Assembly: GCA_030390025.1 (NCBI GenBank)
Contig: CM059432.1
Span: forward strand, 153,514,001-153,578,000
Source of the DNA: Squalus acanthias
Taxonomy: Eukaryota
DNA length: 64,000 nt
Reading direction: 5' to 3'
This document shows positions 36,246 through 48,434 of this stretch, piece by piece (the first letter of the stretch is position 1; the number at the start of each line of letters is the position of its first letter). Made by a program: the position numbers and the translations under genes. Under the pieces are notes generated by a model that did no database searches, was not told where the DNA came from, and saw nothing but the letters and a program-made list of their open reading frames with translations.

Positions 36246-38391
36246 CTACTTTTTGCCCTTCGAGGGTGATCTCCTTCCCTTGCGTACTTCCCCCCTTCCC
36301 ACCCTACTGCTCCTCCGTAATGGGGCCCCAGTGGCTGCAGCAAGGCTGGTGGAAGGCTGCTGATTGTCAGAACCTGAGACTACAGATGCCCTTGAAGGAG
36401 GCCCTCGACCAGCTCTGGGCCTGGAGGGCCTGGCTGCAGACTGCACCAACTCTGCATGGGCGGCAGCAGTCTGGGCTACAGGCGGTGGCAAGTGCAATGG
36501 GGAAGTGACAGTGGTGGCAGCAGGTCCCTGCTCGACCGACACACTGGCACTCCCACGGGGCAGCACCTCAGCATCCGGAGCAATCTGCTGGAGCAATCTG
36601 CTGAGAGCTCCGGGGAAATGTGTTCGAACCAGCGACAATGGCAGCAGTCAGTGCTAGCGTGGCCTCAATCTGAGACTGCATGAGAGCAGTCTGAGATTGG
36701 ATCACGGCAGCCAGTGACTGAATTGCAGCACTAAGCATTTGCATGGCATCCGTCTGTGCTACAGCGTAGTGCTCCACACTCCTTGCCAGTGCATCAATGG
36801 TTTCGGGCACCCTTCCCACTGCACCCATGAGCTGAGTGTGCATGTCCACTGCCTGGGTGTTCATTTCAGTGATGAGCTGCTCCTCCTCTGCGTCCAGTGC
36901 AGCAGGACTCACTGGCCTACTCTCCCTCCGGGGAGAAGGCCGCCGAGCTTCCCTAGCCACGTCGCATTGCTGCAGCCCGCTGGGTCCCGGAGCTTCACCC
37001 TCATCAGAACCTTCACCACTGCTCCCCTCCAGGGAAGATGTCCCAATGTGGGCATGGGCTTCCTCGGGAGAGGGTGGCACTGAGGCTCCGGCTCCCTCTT
37101 TCTCCCCGCCTGCGGCTTCGCTCCCACTAGCAGCTTGAGGGCCCGTCTCCTCAGCTGGTGAATCACCATCTGAAAGCAGGGAGGTACAAGAGTGGCTTTA
37201 GAGTGAGGACAGGGGGGCAGTAAGGGAGCAAGGACTGGAGCGATTTAGTAAGTTGGATTGAAAGTGTCAAAGGCTGGTGTTGTGAGGGACAAGTGGAATG
37301 AGAGAGGAGAGAAAGCTGATGACCTTACCATTGCTGTCCCGAACGGGGTCGACCTCTCCAGGGGCGACGGGACCGATCACCTGGCTTGCCACAATCCTGT
37401 GGACACGCGCCTCAAGATCGCTGAGGGGTTGCAGCTGAGGCCGCCCTCCACCCGTCCGTTGCTGCTGTCTCCTATTATGAGATAGCTTGGCCTGCAAGAA
37501 AAAGGACGGCATCTGAGTAAGTATACAGCCATGGTCTTGCCTGATGTGCCTCCCGTAGTTGAATAGCCCTTACAATATACAGCCATGGTCTTGCCTGATG
37601 TGCCTCCCGTAGTTGAATAGCCCTTACAATATACAGCCATGGGCTTGCCTGATGTGCCTTCCATAGTTGAATAGCCCTTACAATATACAGCCATGGTCTT
37701 GCCTGATGTGCCTCCCGTAGTTGACTAGCCCTTACAATATACAGCCATGGGTTTGCCTGATGTGCCTCCCGTAGTTGAATAGCCCTTACAATATACAGCC
37801 ATGGGCTTGCCTGATGTGCCTTCCATAGTTGAATAGCCCTTACAATATACAGCCATGGTCTTGCCTGATGTGCCTCCCGTAGTTGAATAGCCCTTACAAT
37901 ATACAGCCATGGGCTTGCCTGATGTGCCTTCCGTAGTTGAATAGCCCTTCATGTATGCAGCCATGGTCTTGCCTGATATGCTTCCCATAGTTGAATAGCC
38001 CTTACTGTTTGCAAGGCGTGGAATGTGCGTGTGTGTTTCATGAGAAGGCCATAGGTGTTGGATGAGTGTTGGGCATTGGGGTTTGAAGACCCACTGGCCA
38101 TAGGGTGAGGTAGAAATGGAGGGATGGAGAGGTATTGAAAAAAAATCCACTCACCCTGACGACCCGAGTGAGGCCGTTGAACTTTTTGCGACATTGAGTA
38201 TGGGTCCTGGGCACCATGCTCCTCGAGGAGACGTGCTGAGCCACCTCCCTCCACACTCTTCTGTAGTCGCACGGCAAAGGCCTCCTGCCACTCTCAGGGT
38301 AGAGTATAGATCTTCTGCGCTCCACCGCACCGACCAGAGCCTCCAAGGCCCGCTTGCTGAATCGCTGAGCTCGTTCTCTCACCCTCTCCAT
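36246..38391 (-). pseudogene. Harbinger Myb/SANT-like gene, three exons (38391-38155, 37491-37329, 37169-36246), one apparent frameshift near 36600
   Basis: MERVRERAQRFSKRALEALVGAVERRRSILYP..VWREVAQHV..RTHTQCRKKFNGL; donors GTGAGT and GTAAGG, acceptors TTCTTGCAG and GCTTTCAG; splicing keeps frame into ORF 36568-37080; basic C-terminus in ORF 36246-36638. Confidence 0.88.
37522..38005. repeat. 54-bp minisatellite, 9 copies, in intron 1 of the Myb gene
   Basis: Unit TATACAGCCATGGTCTTGCCTGATGTGCCTCCCGTAGTTGAATAGCCCTTACAA at 37522, 37576, 37630 ... 37954. Confidence 0.97.
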
Positions 38392-39039
38392 AGTCCTTGG
38401 CTGGAAAATGTAGGCACAGGTCTCTCCAGGCCGAGATTCAAGGCTCCAATGAGCAGAGTGTGGCTGGAGAGCAAGATCGACCCTCCCCTTTAAGAACAGG
38501 CCGGCGCCAGTGTGTCTGTGTTCCATTGCTGACTGACATCACCTGCGCTGCGCCCGCGCTCTGAGGTAGCGCCTCATTCCTCGGCCTTTGCGCCTTAAGA
38601 CAGGTGTGCAGTGCCTGATTTAGCGCTCCAATCACCTCCAGGGGCGATAAAAGCCAAGTTTGCAGTCGGAGGCGATAATTAGCGCCAGGCGCTAAACTTT
38701 GTGCCCGGCCGATAATTGCGCCCCAAACGGGGCGATACTGAATTTCTACCCCATAGTCTCACGATAAGGGGTTGGCCATTTAAGACTGAGATAAGGAGGA
38801 ATTTCTTCACTCAGAGGGTTGTGAATCTGTGAAATTCTCTACCCCAAAGGGCTGTGGCTGCTCAGTCGTTGAGTATATTCAAGGCTGAGATAGATAGATT
38901 TTTGGACTCATGGGGAATCAAGGGATATGGGGATCGGGCGTGAAAGTGGAGTTGAGGTCGAAGATCAGCCGTGATCTTATTGAATAGCGGAGCAGGCTTG
39001 AGTATGGCCTACTCTTGCTCCTAATTCTTATGTCCTTAG

Positions 39040-39727
39040 GAAGACGCAGAAGAGGAGGAAGCAGAAGGAAGGATGCAACCCAGACAGCCCTTTTCTGGCC
39101 GGGATACCCGGGACGGAATCATCCGCCTGCGGTCCCAGTGACCACAGCTCCAATTCCCCTTTCAACATTTGTCCCACACCTTACCTTCCCTCTGTTACTG
39201 ACCATTACAGCATCCTCTTGGCCACAATGCTGAAATAACAGCCTCCTGACCCCCTGTGGGTAGAGGACCTCTCTTCCACTTTTGATCCCCAACACAAAGC
39301 TGGAGTGCTGCGTGCGAGGCCCTGGGTGCCCTTTTCCGTGGCCTGTTGAGCCATTTGTGTTACTGCTGAAGCACTTTTACCATTTCTTACATGCAGAAGG
39401 CAGTTCAGCTTAAGAGCTGAAGACTGCCTAATCTGGAATGATTTTTAATGGTTTTTTTTAGAAGGCGGTTGAGCTCTAAGGGCTAGAGACCGTCTATTTT
39501 TAAATATTTTTTTCCCAGAAGGCAGTTCCCCATTAAGGTCTCAAGACTGCTTTCTAAAATGACAGCCTTTCTTTAAGAAAATGCAACCTCAATACAGGGA
39601 CGCTGCGGCCACGCGACATTGGGCCTCCTGCTGAGCGCACAGCCTGGTGCAGCGCGTTCCTCGCTAGGTTGTGCGCTCCAATCATTCAAATCAGCAGGCA
39701 TATCGGGGCTTATCGAAATTCTAGGCC
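39040..39727 (-). mobile_element. Partial Harbinger H2 copy 3
   Basis: Ends in GAAATTCTAGGCC; matches reverse complement of parts of 15747-18674 and 48435-51350. Confidence 0.8.
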
Positions 39728-39799
39728 TGCATTTATCTAAGGTCAATGCCATTTGCCATTGTGTGACTCACTCCCCCAGCACATCTAAATAAAGTCATA

Positions 39800-40536
39800 G
39801 GGCTCGATTTTGTCATTGGGGTGGGCTGGGGTCGTGTCATCCGCTTTTCGTGTTCGCCACCCGACTCCAATTGGATGTGGGAGAATTATGTGATTTTCCC
39901 CTAATTGGGCAATTGAGTTCCAGCATGTGGGAACCCATGACCCAATTAGTGTTTTCAGTCTGAAAGTCGGCTCTAATGATGTCATCATTGCTGCTGCATT
40001 TAAGGTCTGCAAAGACTGGGAAGCTTTTGGCCTTTGCTGTGAGAGGGACCTGGAGGCAAAATGAGCAGCAGGAGACCTAAGTCTGCTCCCAGATTCTTTC
40101 TTCACCACCACCACCCTTCTTCCAGGCTCCAAACTTCCACAACAATGGTTATGACTGCTAAAAGTTCCCCCAGAATGATTGATCAAATATCTCCTTCTTA
40201 ATGGTGGACCTGCAGCTGATAGTCAGCAATCCAAGTGTGCTACCGGCAGGTTTCACCGTCGTGTTTCAGAGAGGGCGTGCATCATGTCAGAAAAGTCTTA
40301 AAATCGGAAAGGCCTCTCAAAATGGGATTATAGAGGCAATTAAGTGTTTGTTAAGGGCCTTAAGGGCCTATCCCGCCTCTTGGAGGCGGGACGGAGACGG
40401 GATCAGAAACCACGCATTTGGGAAAATTGCTCGGAGGTGGGATGGAGGCGGGGTCGGGCCCGCCCGCCATTTTTTGCAATTTTAACACCCCACACGCCTC
40501 CATTCCCGCCTCCTCGGGCCCGGCAAAATCGAGCCC
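39800..40536. mobile_element. Harbinger MITE, family M3
   Basis: Perfect 13-bp TIR GGGCTCGATTTTG / CAAAATCGAGCCC; flanks ATA / ATG; homologous to 53368-54048 and to the terminus at 60198. Confidence 0.9.
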
Positions 40537-40539
40537 ATG

Positions 40540-43083
40540 GAGTCATAGAGTTATACAGCACAGAAAGAGCCCTTCATGTCTGCGCCGGCCATCAAGCCCT
40601 GTCTATTCTAATCCCATTTTCCAGTACTTGGTCCGTAGCCATGTATGCTATGGCGTTTCAAGTGCTCATCTAAATGCTTCTTGAATGTTGTGAGGGTTCC
40701 TGCCTCTACCACCCTTTCAGGCAGTGAGTTCCAGATTCCAACCACCCTCTGGGTGAAAATGTTTTTCCTCAAATCCCCATTAAACCTCCTGCCCCTTACC
40801 TTGAAACTATGCCCCCTGGTTATTGACCCCTCTACTAAGGGGAAAAGTTCCTTTCTATCTACCCTATCTATGCCCCTCATAATTTTGTACACCTCAATCA
40901 GGTCCCCACTCAGCCTTCTCTGCTCTAAGGAAAACAACCCCAGCCTGTCCAGTCTCTCTTCATAGTTGAAGCGCTCCAGCCCAGGTAACATCCTGGTGAA
41001 TCTCCTCTGCACCCTTTCCAATGAAATCACATCCTTCCTATAGTGTGGTGACCAGAACTGCACACAGTATTCCAGATGTGGCCTAACAAGCGTTTTGTAC
41101 AGCTCCATCATAACCTCCCTGCTCTTATATTCTATGCCTTGGCTAATGAAGGCAAGTATCCCATATGCCTTTTTAACCACCTTATCTACCTGTCCTGCTG
41201 CCTTCAGGGATCTATGTACATGCACACCAAGGTCCCTCTGATCCTCTGTCCTTCCTAGGGTCCTACCATTCATTGTGTATTCCCTTGCCTTGTTAGTCCT
41301 CCCAAAATGCATCACCTCACTGTTTCAGGGTTAAATTCCATTTGCCACTGTTCTGCCCATCTAAACATCCCGTCTATATCGTCCTGTAGCCTGAGGCTTC
41401 CCTCCTCGCTATTTACCACTCCACCAATTTTCGTGTCATCTGCGAACTTACTGATCATACCTCCTACATTCATATCTAAATCATTAATGTACACTACAAA
41501 CAGCAAAGGACCCAGCACCGATCCCTGCGGTACACCACTGGACACAGGCTTCCAGTCACAAAAACACCCTTCGACCATCACCCTCTGCCTCCTGCCACTA
41601 AGCCAATTTTGGATCCAATGTGCCAAATTGCCCTGGATCCCATGGGCTCTTACCTTCTTGACCAGTCTCCCATGCGGGACTTTGTCAAAAGCCTTACTGA
41701 AGTCCATGTAGACTACATCAACTGCACTACCCTCATCCACACACCTAGTCACCCCCTCGAAAAATTCAATCAAATTGGTCAGACATGATCTCTCCCTGAC
41801 AAAGCCATGCTGACTATCCCTGATTAATCCTTGCCTCTCCAAGTGGAGACTAATTCTGTCCCTCAGAATTTTTTCCAATAATTTCCCTACCACTGATGTT
41901 AGGCTCACTGGCCTGTAATTCCCTGGTTTATCCCTACTACCCTTCTTGAACAATGGTACTGTACTACGTTAGCTGTTCTCCAGTCCTCTGGCACCTCCCC
42001 TGTGGCCAGAGAGGTTCTGAAAATTTGTGTCAGAGCCCCTGCAATCTCCTCCCTTGCCTCACACAGCAGCCTGGGATACATCCCGTCAGGGCCTGGGGAT
42101 TTATCCACTTTTAAGCCCGCTGAAACCGCTAGTACTTCCTCCCTCTCAATACTAATTTGTTCAAGTATATCACAATTCCCCTGCCTGATTTCTATGCCTA
42201 CATCGTCCTTCTCCATCGTGAACAGAGATGCAAAATATTCATTTAAAACCTCACCTACATCTTCCGGCTCTACACACAGATTGCCACTTTGGTCCCCAAT
42301 GGGCCCTACTCTTTCCCTGGTTATCCTCTTGCCCTTAATATACTTATAAAACACCTTGGGATTTTCCTTTATTTTGCCCGCCAGTGTTTTTTCATGCCCC
42401 CTCTTCGCTCTCCTAATTTCTTTTTTAAGTACCCCCCTGCACTTCCTATACTCCTCTAGGACTTCCACTGTTTTTAGTCCTTTGTATCTGCCAAAAGCCT
42501 CCCTTTTTTTCCTAATCCATTCTTGTATATCCCTTGACATCCAGGGTTCCCTGGGTTTGTTGGTCCCACCCTTGACCTTTACGGGAACATGTTGGCGTTG
42601 TACTCTCTCTATTTCCTTTCTGAAAGACTCCCACTGCTCTGATGTGGATTTTCCTACAAGTAGCTGATCCCAGTCCACTTTGGCCAGATCCTGCCTTATC
42701 ATATTAAAATTGGCCTTCCCCCAATTTAGAACCTTTATTTCCGGTCCATCTTTGTCCTTTTCCATAACTACCTTAAATCTCACCGAATTATGGTCACTGT
42801 CACCAAAATGCTCTCTTACTGACACTTCTACCACTTGCCCGGCTACATGCCCTAGAATTAGGTCCAGTGCCGCCCCCTCTCTTGTAGGACTTTCTACATG
42901 CTGGCTCAAAAAGCTCTCCTGGATGCACTTTAAGAATTCCGTACCCTCTAAGCCTTTCACACTCTGACTATCCCAGTTAATATTGGGGAAGTTGAAATCC
43001 CCTACTATTATTACCCTATTATTTCTACACTTCTCTGAGATTTGCCTACATATCTGTTCCTCTATCTTCCCCTGACTGTTTGG
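40540..43083 (-). mobile_element. CR1 LINE (distinct subfamily), endonuclease end to 3' tail, two frameshifts
   Basis: ORFs 41905-42960, 41312-41953, 40608-41315 with SDHN, NYRPVSLTS, FADD. Confidence 0.95.
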
Positions 43084-44245
43084 ATTTGATTGCGCTCCTC
43101 TGCTGTCTTAACACTTGCAGAGATTTTGGTGTCATCTACAAACTTAATGACCATACTCCCAACACCACTGTCCAGGTCATTAATAAAGACAGTGAACAGT
43201 AGTGGGCCGAGGACTGATCCCTGTGGGACACCACTAGTAAGTAGCGTGCCTCCAGGCTGAACCACATCTGTTAATACAACTCTTTGGCTGTGGGATTGGA
43301 GCCAATTTCTAATCCAGCGTATCAAATTTCTACTGATACTACAAGATTCTATATTGTGAAGTAACCTAGTGTGAAGGCTTTCTGAAAGTCCAGGTAGACA
43401 ATGTCTACCAGGTTTCCCTCATCCACCACCCTGGTGACTTCCTCAAAAACTCAGGCACAACCTATTTTTCCAGAAGCTGTGTTGTGTCTCTTTCCCAGTG
43501 ACCTCTTATGAGCACCTGTCCCATCTCTTTAATCACCCTTGGCTGGATATTATGTGGACCTGGAGTCCGATCAATTTTGTGCTTTCCTAAACTATCCAAG
43601 ATCACATTACTATCTGTTTTAAAATTAATTATGCTATTCAATACTGAGCACCCCTCATCTGGAAGATAAGCATCATCTACAGGAGTACAGACTGATGCAA
43701 AATAGTCATTCAGCAGCTCTGCCATCAGCTGAAAATCAGTTTGAATGTGCCCGACAGTATCCTTTAGTGGCCTTATACAATCCTTAATGGTCTTCTGACT
43801 TCTGACATAGCTAAAAAAGCTTTTGCTATTACTGCCACAATTGCGCACCATCTTCTTTTCCAGGGACCTCTTGGCTACCCTTATGGTTGCTTTTTGTCCC
43901 TCAATTGCATGCAATAATTGACCCTGTTCTCCTGCAAGTTAAATTCCTTAAGTGTGTAGAACGACTTCTGTTTCAATCTGATTTGCACATTCCTTGTCAT
44001 CCATAATGGTTTTGTTTTGCCTGATGAAGGCCAACATTCCATTAGCCTTTTTGATTACTTTTTGTACCCGTGCACTATCTTTTAGTCATTTCTGTACATG
44101 GACACCCAAATCCCTTCGCTCCTCCACAGCTATTAGCCTCTCACCATTAAGAAAATATTCTGATTTGTCTTTCTCAGATCCAAAGTGGGTGACCTCACAC
44201 TTTCCCACATTGAACTCCATCTGCTATAGTTTTACCCACTCGCTT
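43084..44245 (-). mobile_element. Older CR1 fragments
   Basis: ORFs 43062-43325 (SGVPQGSVLGP, KFVDDTK), 43462-43914; 44000-44245 RT fragment. Confidence 0.8.
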
Positions 44246-44249
44246 AATC

Positions 44250-44645
44250 TATGTGCCAAAGCACTTTACAGCCAATAAAGTACTTCTGAAGTGTAGTCAC
44301 TGTTGGAATGTAGGAAACACGGCAGCCAATTTGCACACAGCAAGGTCCTATGAACAGCAATGTGATCATGACCAGATAACCTGTTTTAGTGATGTTGGTT
44401 GAGGGATAAATATTGGCCAGGACGCCAGGGAGAACTTCCCTGCTCTTCATCGAAATCCCAGTGCCATGTGATCTTTTATAGCCACCTGACAGGGCAGACG
44501 GGGCTCTTGGTTTAACGTCTCATCCGAAAGATGGCGCTTCTGACAGTGTCAGCCTGGGTTTTGTGCTCAAGTCTCTGGAGTGGGGCTTGAACGCACAACC
44601 TTCTAACTCAGAGGTGAGAGTGCTACCACTGAGCCACGGCTGACA
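44250..44645 (-). mobile_element. tRNA-headed DeuSINE (SacSINE1-like)
   Basis: Reverse complement begins GTCAGCCGTGGCTCAGTGGTAGC (A box) with GTTCAAGCC (B box); same body at 46640, 51370, 53010, 63675. Confidence 0.8.
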
Positions 44646-44654
44646 CCCAATATT

Positions 44655-44850
44655 GGCTAAAGGTCATTTTAGGACTAATATCAGGAAATCCTTCTTCAAT
44701 CGGAGAGTTTTCAACACAAAGAATGGAGTTCCCAGTAGAGTAGTCACGAAAACCCTGGAATCATTTAAGAAACAACTGCCATGGAGGAACTGTAGGGTGT
44801 TTCTGGATGGTGAACAAATATGGGCTGAGTAGTCTTCTTCATCTGCAATT
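44655..44850 (+). mobile_element. Old CR1 3' fragment
   Basis: Similar to 4780-4985. Confidence 0.6.
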
Positions 44851-45149
44851 AGCTTGAGCATTTTCTTAATGCTCGCATTTTACATAGGAATTTTATACTT
44901 GGAGAAACAACAAGTTTACATTTCCCACGTCATGCATGAACAATCAAAAAACTTTGGTAAATTGAAGCACTCGCTAGTGTTGGCAATGCTGTTACTAGAA
45001 GTACTCAACTCCATGTACTTGTAAAGAGCAAGAACAGAGACCTAGAGCAGATCCCTGCACAAAACAACTAAACACTATCTCCTCGCCAGACAGAATTATT
45101 TCCATGTAAATGTACTTCCCTTCTACTGCCAAACCAGTTTCTAATCCAA

Positions 45150-45305
45150 ACAAAAAGCAAAATACTGCAGAGGAATACTGCAGAGGCAGGTCAGGCAGCA
45201 TCTGCTGAGAAAGGAAAAAGGTTAGGCTTACATTTCAGGTCTTGTGACCCTTTGTCAGAACCTGACCTTCTGAGTGTTTCCAGCATTTTCTGCTTTCATT
45301 TCAGT
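45150..45305 (-). repeat. Penelope-like foldback repeat with degenerate hammerhead core (45226-45260)
   Basis: Minus strand reads CTGACAA-AGGGTC-ACAA-GACCT-GAAA-TG-TA; flanked by inverted arms. A related copy is at 45570-45708. Confidence 0.6.
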
Positions 45306-45849
45306 TTTCAATCTTGTTCCTTTGCTAACACATAAGGGACGGTTTTCTGAATGTGTGTGTTCCTGGTACAGAACTTCACGCACTGGAACAAGCCTATTGG
45401 GAAATCGTGGGCAGAAAAATGTGGGGAACGCACCTACAATATTCCAATTTACGCTCAGAGTGAGCAAGGCTCTAGTGAGAAGTCTGCATTTGGGAAATTG
45501 ACAGTATAGTGTAGCTTGGCTTGGTCACCACTCTTGTCAAGAGGACTTCAGCAGATCATCTAGACTGACACAAAAGCAAAATACTGCGTATGTAGGAAAT
45601 CTGAAATAAAACCAGAAAATGTTGGAAACACTCAGCAGATCAGGTAGCATCCGTGGAGAGAGAAACAGGTTTGATCTGTTGAGTGTTTCCAGCATTTTCT
45701 ATTTTTAATCTAGACTGACAACTCAGTGCCAGTACACTCCCCACAACTTGCTGACTGTTACTTGTTTTTTGTATTTTTCTTGCTGGCACGTAGGTTCTCA
45801 TGAGCCTTCGTGCCAACTGCATAAATTTTTTGGTCCTTGCACAACTATT

Positions 45850-46600
45850 GCCAGCAGTGCGTTTCCCAATGGGAATTCTCCTATCTGAGGTGTTTAGAAG
45901 AACAGGAGGAGCAACGGAGGAATGCCAGGCAAGCTAGGCTACAAAAGAGGTGCCCTGTGCTCACCTACCAGTCTCCACACATCCATATCTGCAGGTAAAG
46001 ATGAACATACCTCACTTTGCAGACCATTAGTGCAGGTAGAGGCTCTAAAAGCTGGGACAGCAGATACAAGAGCACTCTAACTTATGTGAATGCATGACTA
46101 GCGGTAATATTGTATGGTTCTCACAGTCACAGTATGTCATGCTTTCAGTGTCAATGTATGAAAGAAGGCACATTAGGGTGATCAAAAGGCTGTGTGCCCT
46201 GATTTACCGCATCTACCAAGATGCTACGAATCATAACTATGAGCCCTGGCATAACTACCAGGCAATAACCCCAGGAACTGTCTTCACAGGGTTCAGGTCA
46301 TCAGAGAGCCAGTTGCCAGAGTAGTATCAACCACTGCAAAGACACCTGAGCTGCCATGCAGCATAGGGCCGGCACATCAAGTGACAGGAACAGTCAGCTG
46401 TAGCCTGAAACTTAGCTGCGCAGTCTTGCAGGTTTGCCGCAGTGTTGACATATGGGGATGGTGCCATGAAGTGGCACAGAGGGAAACCTGCCTCATAACG
46501 AACTCATTCAGCATCACCTTCACTTCAGCAGCAATCAAACAGGGTGATGTTGCTTGCCTGCAGTCACAAGTCTTTCCCTTCATTTTTGTCCATTACTTTT
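45850..46600. pseudogene. Possible highly degenerate Harbinger remnant
   Basis: Minus-strand SPCLIAAEVKVMLNEFVMRQVSL resembles the Myb N-terminus (PRFSDAALEALVEEV.RR..L) of other copies; no intact motifs. Confidence 0.35.
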
Positions 46601-46639
46601 TAGTCTCCTCTCCCTTTAGACTTAGCAAGGGCTGCTAAC

Positions 46640-47087
46640 AGAAAGAATATGGTGCCTCTCACAATCTCTGGACGTCCCAAAGTGCTTTACAACCAATGAA
46701 GTATTTTTAAAGTGTAGTCACTATTGTAATGTAGAGAAACACGCCAGCCAATTTGCGCACAGCAAGGATCCACAAACATCAATGAGATAATGACCACATA
46801 ATCTGTTTTAGTGATGTTGGTTGACGGATAAATATTGGTCCGGATACCAGGAGAACTCCCCAGCTCTTCTTCGAATAGTGCCATGGAATCTTCTACGTCC
46901 ACACGGGAGGGAAGACTGAGCCTCAGATTGTCTCATCCAAAAGACAGCACCTCTGACAGCGTAGCACTCCCTCAGTACTGTACTGAAATGCCACCCCTAG
47001 ATTACATGCTCATGTCCCTGGATTGGGACTTGAACCCACAACCTTCTGATTCATAGGCAAGAGTGCTACCACTGAACCATGGCTGAC
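46640..47087 (-). mobile_element. DeuSINE (SacSINE1-like), near full length
   Basis: Homologous to 44250-44645, with A/B-box-like head at about 47025-47087. Confidence 0.82.
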
Positions 47088-48084
47088 TAATGGGTTGAAA
47101 TGCCTTCTGAGCCGTTCAAAATTTTTGTTCCCCTATTCTGACACTCCGTTTAATTGCCCCAATGCCTTTACTTTCATTTATATGCAGTTTTCTGGTGGTG
47201 CGCTCATTACACTCATCCAAATCTGTACCTGGACCACTGTTAATGGGATGACCATGGAAAACTGGGTGCAATTAGCACATTTCCATTTGCGTCAATCAAA
47301 ACCAGTTTCTAACCATTTGGGTGTAAACTTCACCCATATTGGAAAATATAGGCTGAAAAAAAGGCCTAGCACTAATCATTTCTACTATGTTTACAGTCCA
47401 TCACTTGTACAAACATCAAAATGGACATTGCCTCTTTAATATTAATTCTGATTTTTATCTTGATTGGTTCAGGATGTTTTTTACCATATGTTTTGTTGCC
47501 AAGGGATTGTTTACACATTTCCAAGGCAGCCTTAGCTTTCAATGCTCATGCTGTTTTGACTCATGAATCTTGTGATGTTCAGTTGCTGGGCTTTCGCAAT
47601 GTGTCTGTGGTATTGCCAAGGACAAGTGCTCTTTATTACCTCTTATCAGTCCCCTGCCAATATTCACCATCTCTGCAACATTACTGGAGTCCCAGGAACA
47701 GCAGTCCCTACCATCATGAAATTTAAGCATTCTCAACCCATTTCCTTGTGCGTGTGGGCCTACTGCAGAACAACACTGCCAAAGTTCAGCACAAACTTGC
47801 AGTAGTTTGCATTCTTAGAGAATCAGCAGGATGAGTGAACTAGTCACATTTCCACTGGATTAGTAGTGGTTCCTGTTCTGGGGTGGTGGGGGAGAGGGGG
47901 GGGGGGAACGTTGTTGGGGGCGCAAAGAAGAGGGAGCTTTACTCTAGGTCTGGCCATATCACACTTGACACTGGATGCAAAAAGTGGGAAAATGACCTAA
48001 TTCTCACCTCTCATCTTGAGCAACAAAATTTACCAAAATATATAAATTAGCAATTAAGTATTCACAAGTCACTGCTAAATAAGT

Positions 48085-48432
48085 ATTGTTATGAGGGATT
48101 TTGATAGAGTAGGTAGGGAGGAACTGTTTCCACTGGCAGGAGGGTCAGTAACCAGAGGACACAGATTTAAGATAATCGGCAAAAAAATCCAGGGGGGAGA
48201 TTAGGAGATTTTTTTTTCACAGTGAGTTGTTATAATCTGGAATACACTACCTGAAAGGGTGGTGAAAGCAGATTCAATAGTAACTTTCAAAGGGAATTGG
48301 ATATACTTGAAAAGGAGAAATTTGCAGAGTTATGGGGAAAGAGCAGGGGAGTGAGACTTACTGGATAGCTCTTTCAAAGAGCCGGCACAGGCACGGTGGG
48401 CCGAAAGGCCTCCTTCCGTGCTGTATGATTCA
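48085..48432 (+). mobile_element. CR1 LINE 3' end
   Basis: TRGHRFKI region, tail GGCCTCCTTCCGTGCTGTATGATTC. Confidence 0.85.
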
Positions 48433-48434
48433 AT

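Larger units (their letters stand above)
31975..38752 (+). mobile_element. Formerly autonomous PIF/Harbinger transposon H1 (transposase + convergent Myb/SANT gene)
   Basis: 13-bp TIRs GGGGGAAAAATTC / GAATTTCTACCCC, TSD ATA (31972-31974, 38753-38755), two-gene tail-to-tail layout. Confidence 0.95.
30866..39037 (+). mobile_element. CR1 LINE 3' fragment in three pieces (30866-30914, 31576-31974, 38753-39037), host of two Harbinger insertions
   Basis: LINE sequence is collinear across both insertions; tail at about 39005-39037. Confidence 0.88.

Noticed and set aside
37522..38005. CRISPR-like array
   Set aside because: Head-to-tail 54-bp units with no unique spacers, no cas genes, eukaryotic context.
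44580..44645. tRNA gene
   Set aside because: A/B boxes belong to a SINE head; no complete cloverleaf.
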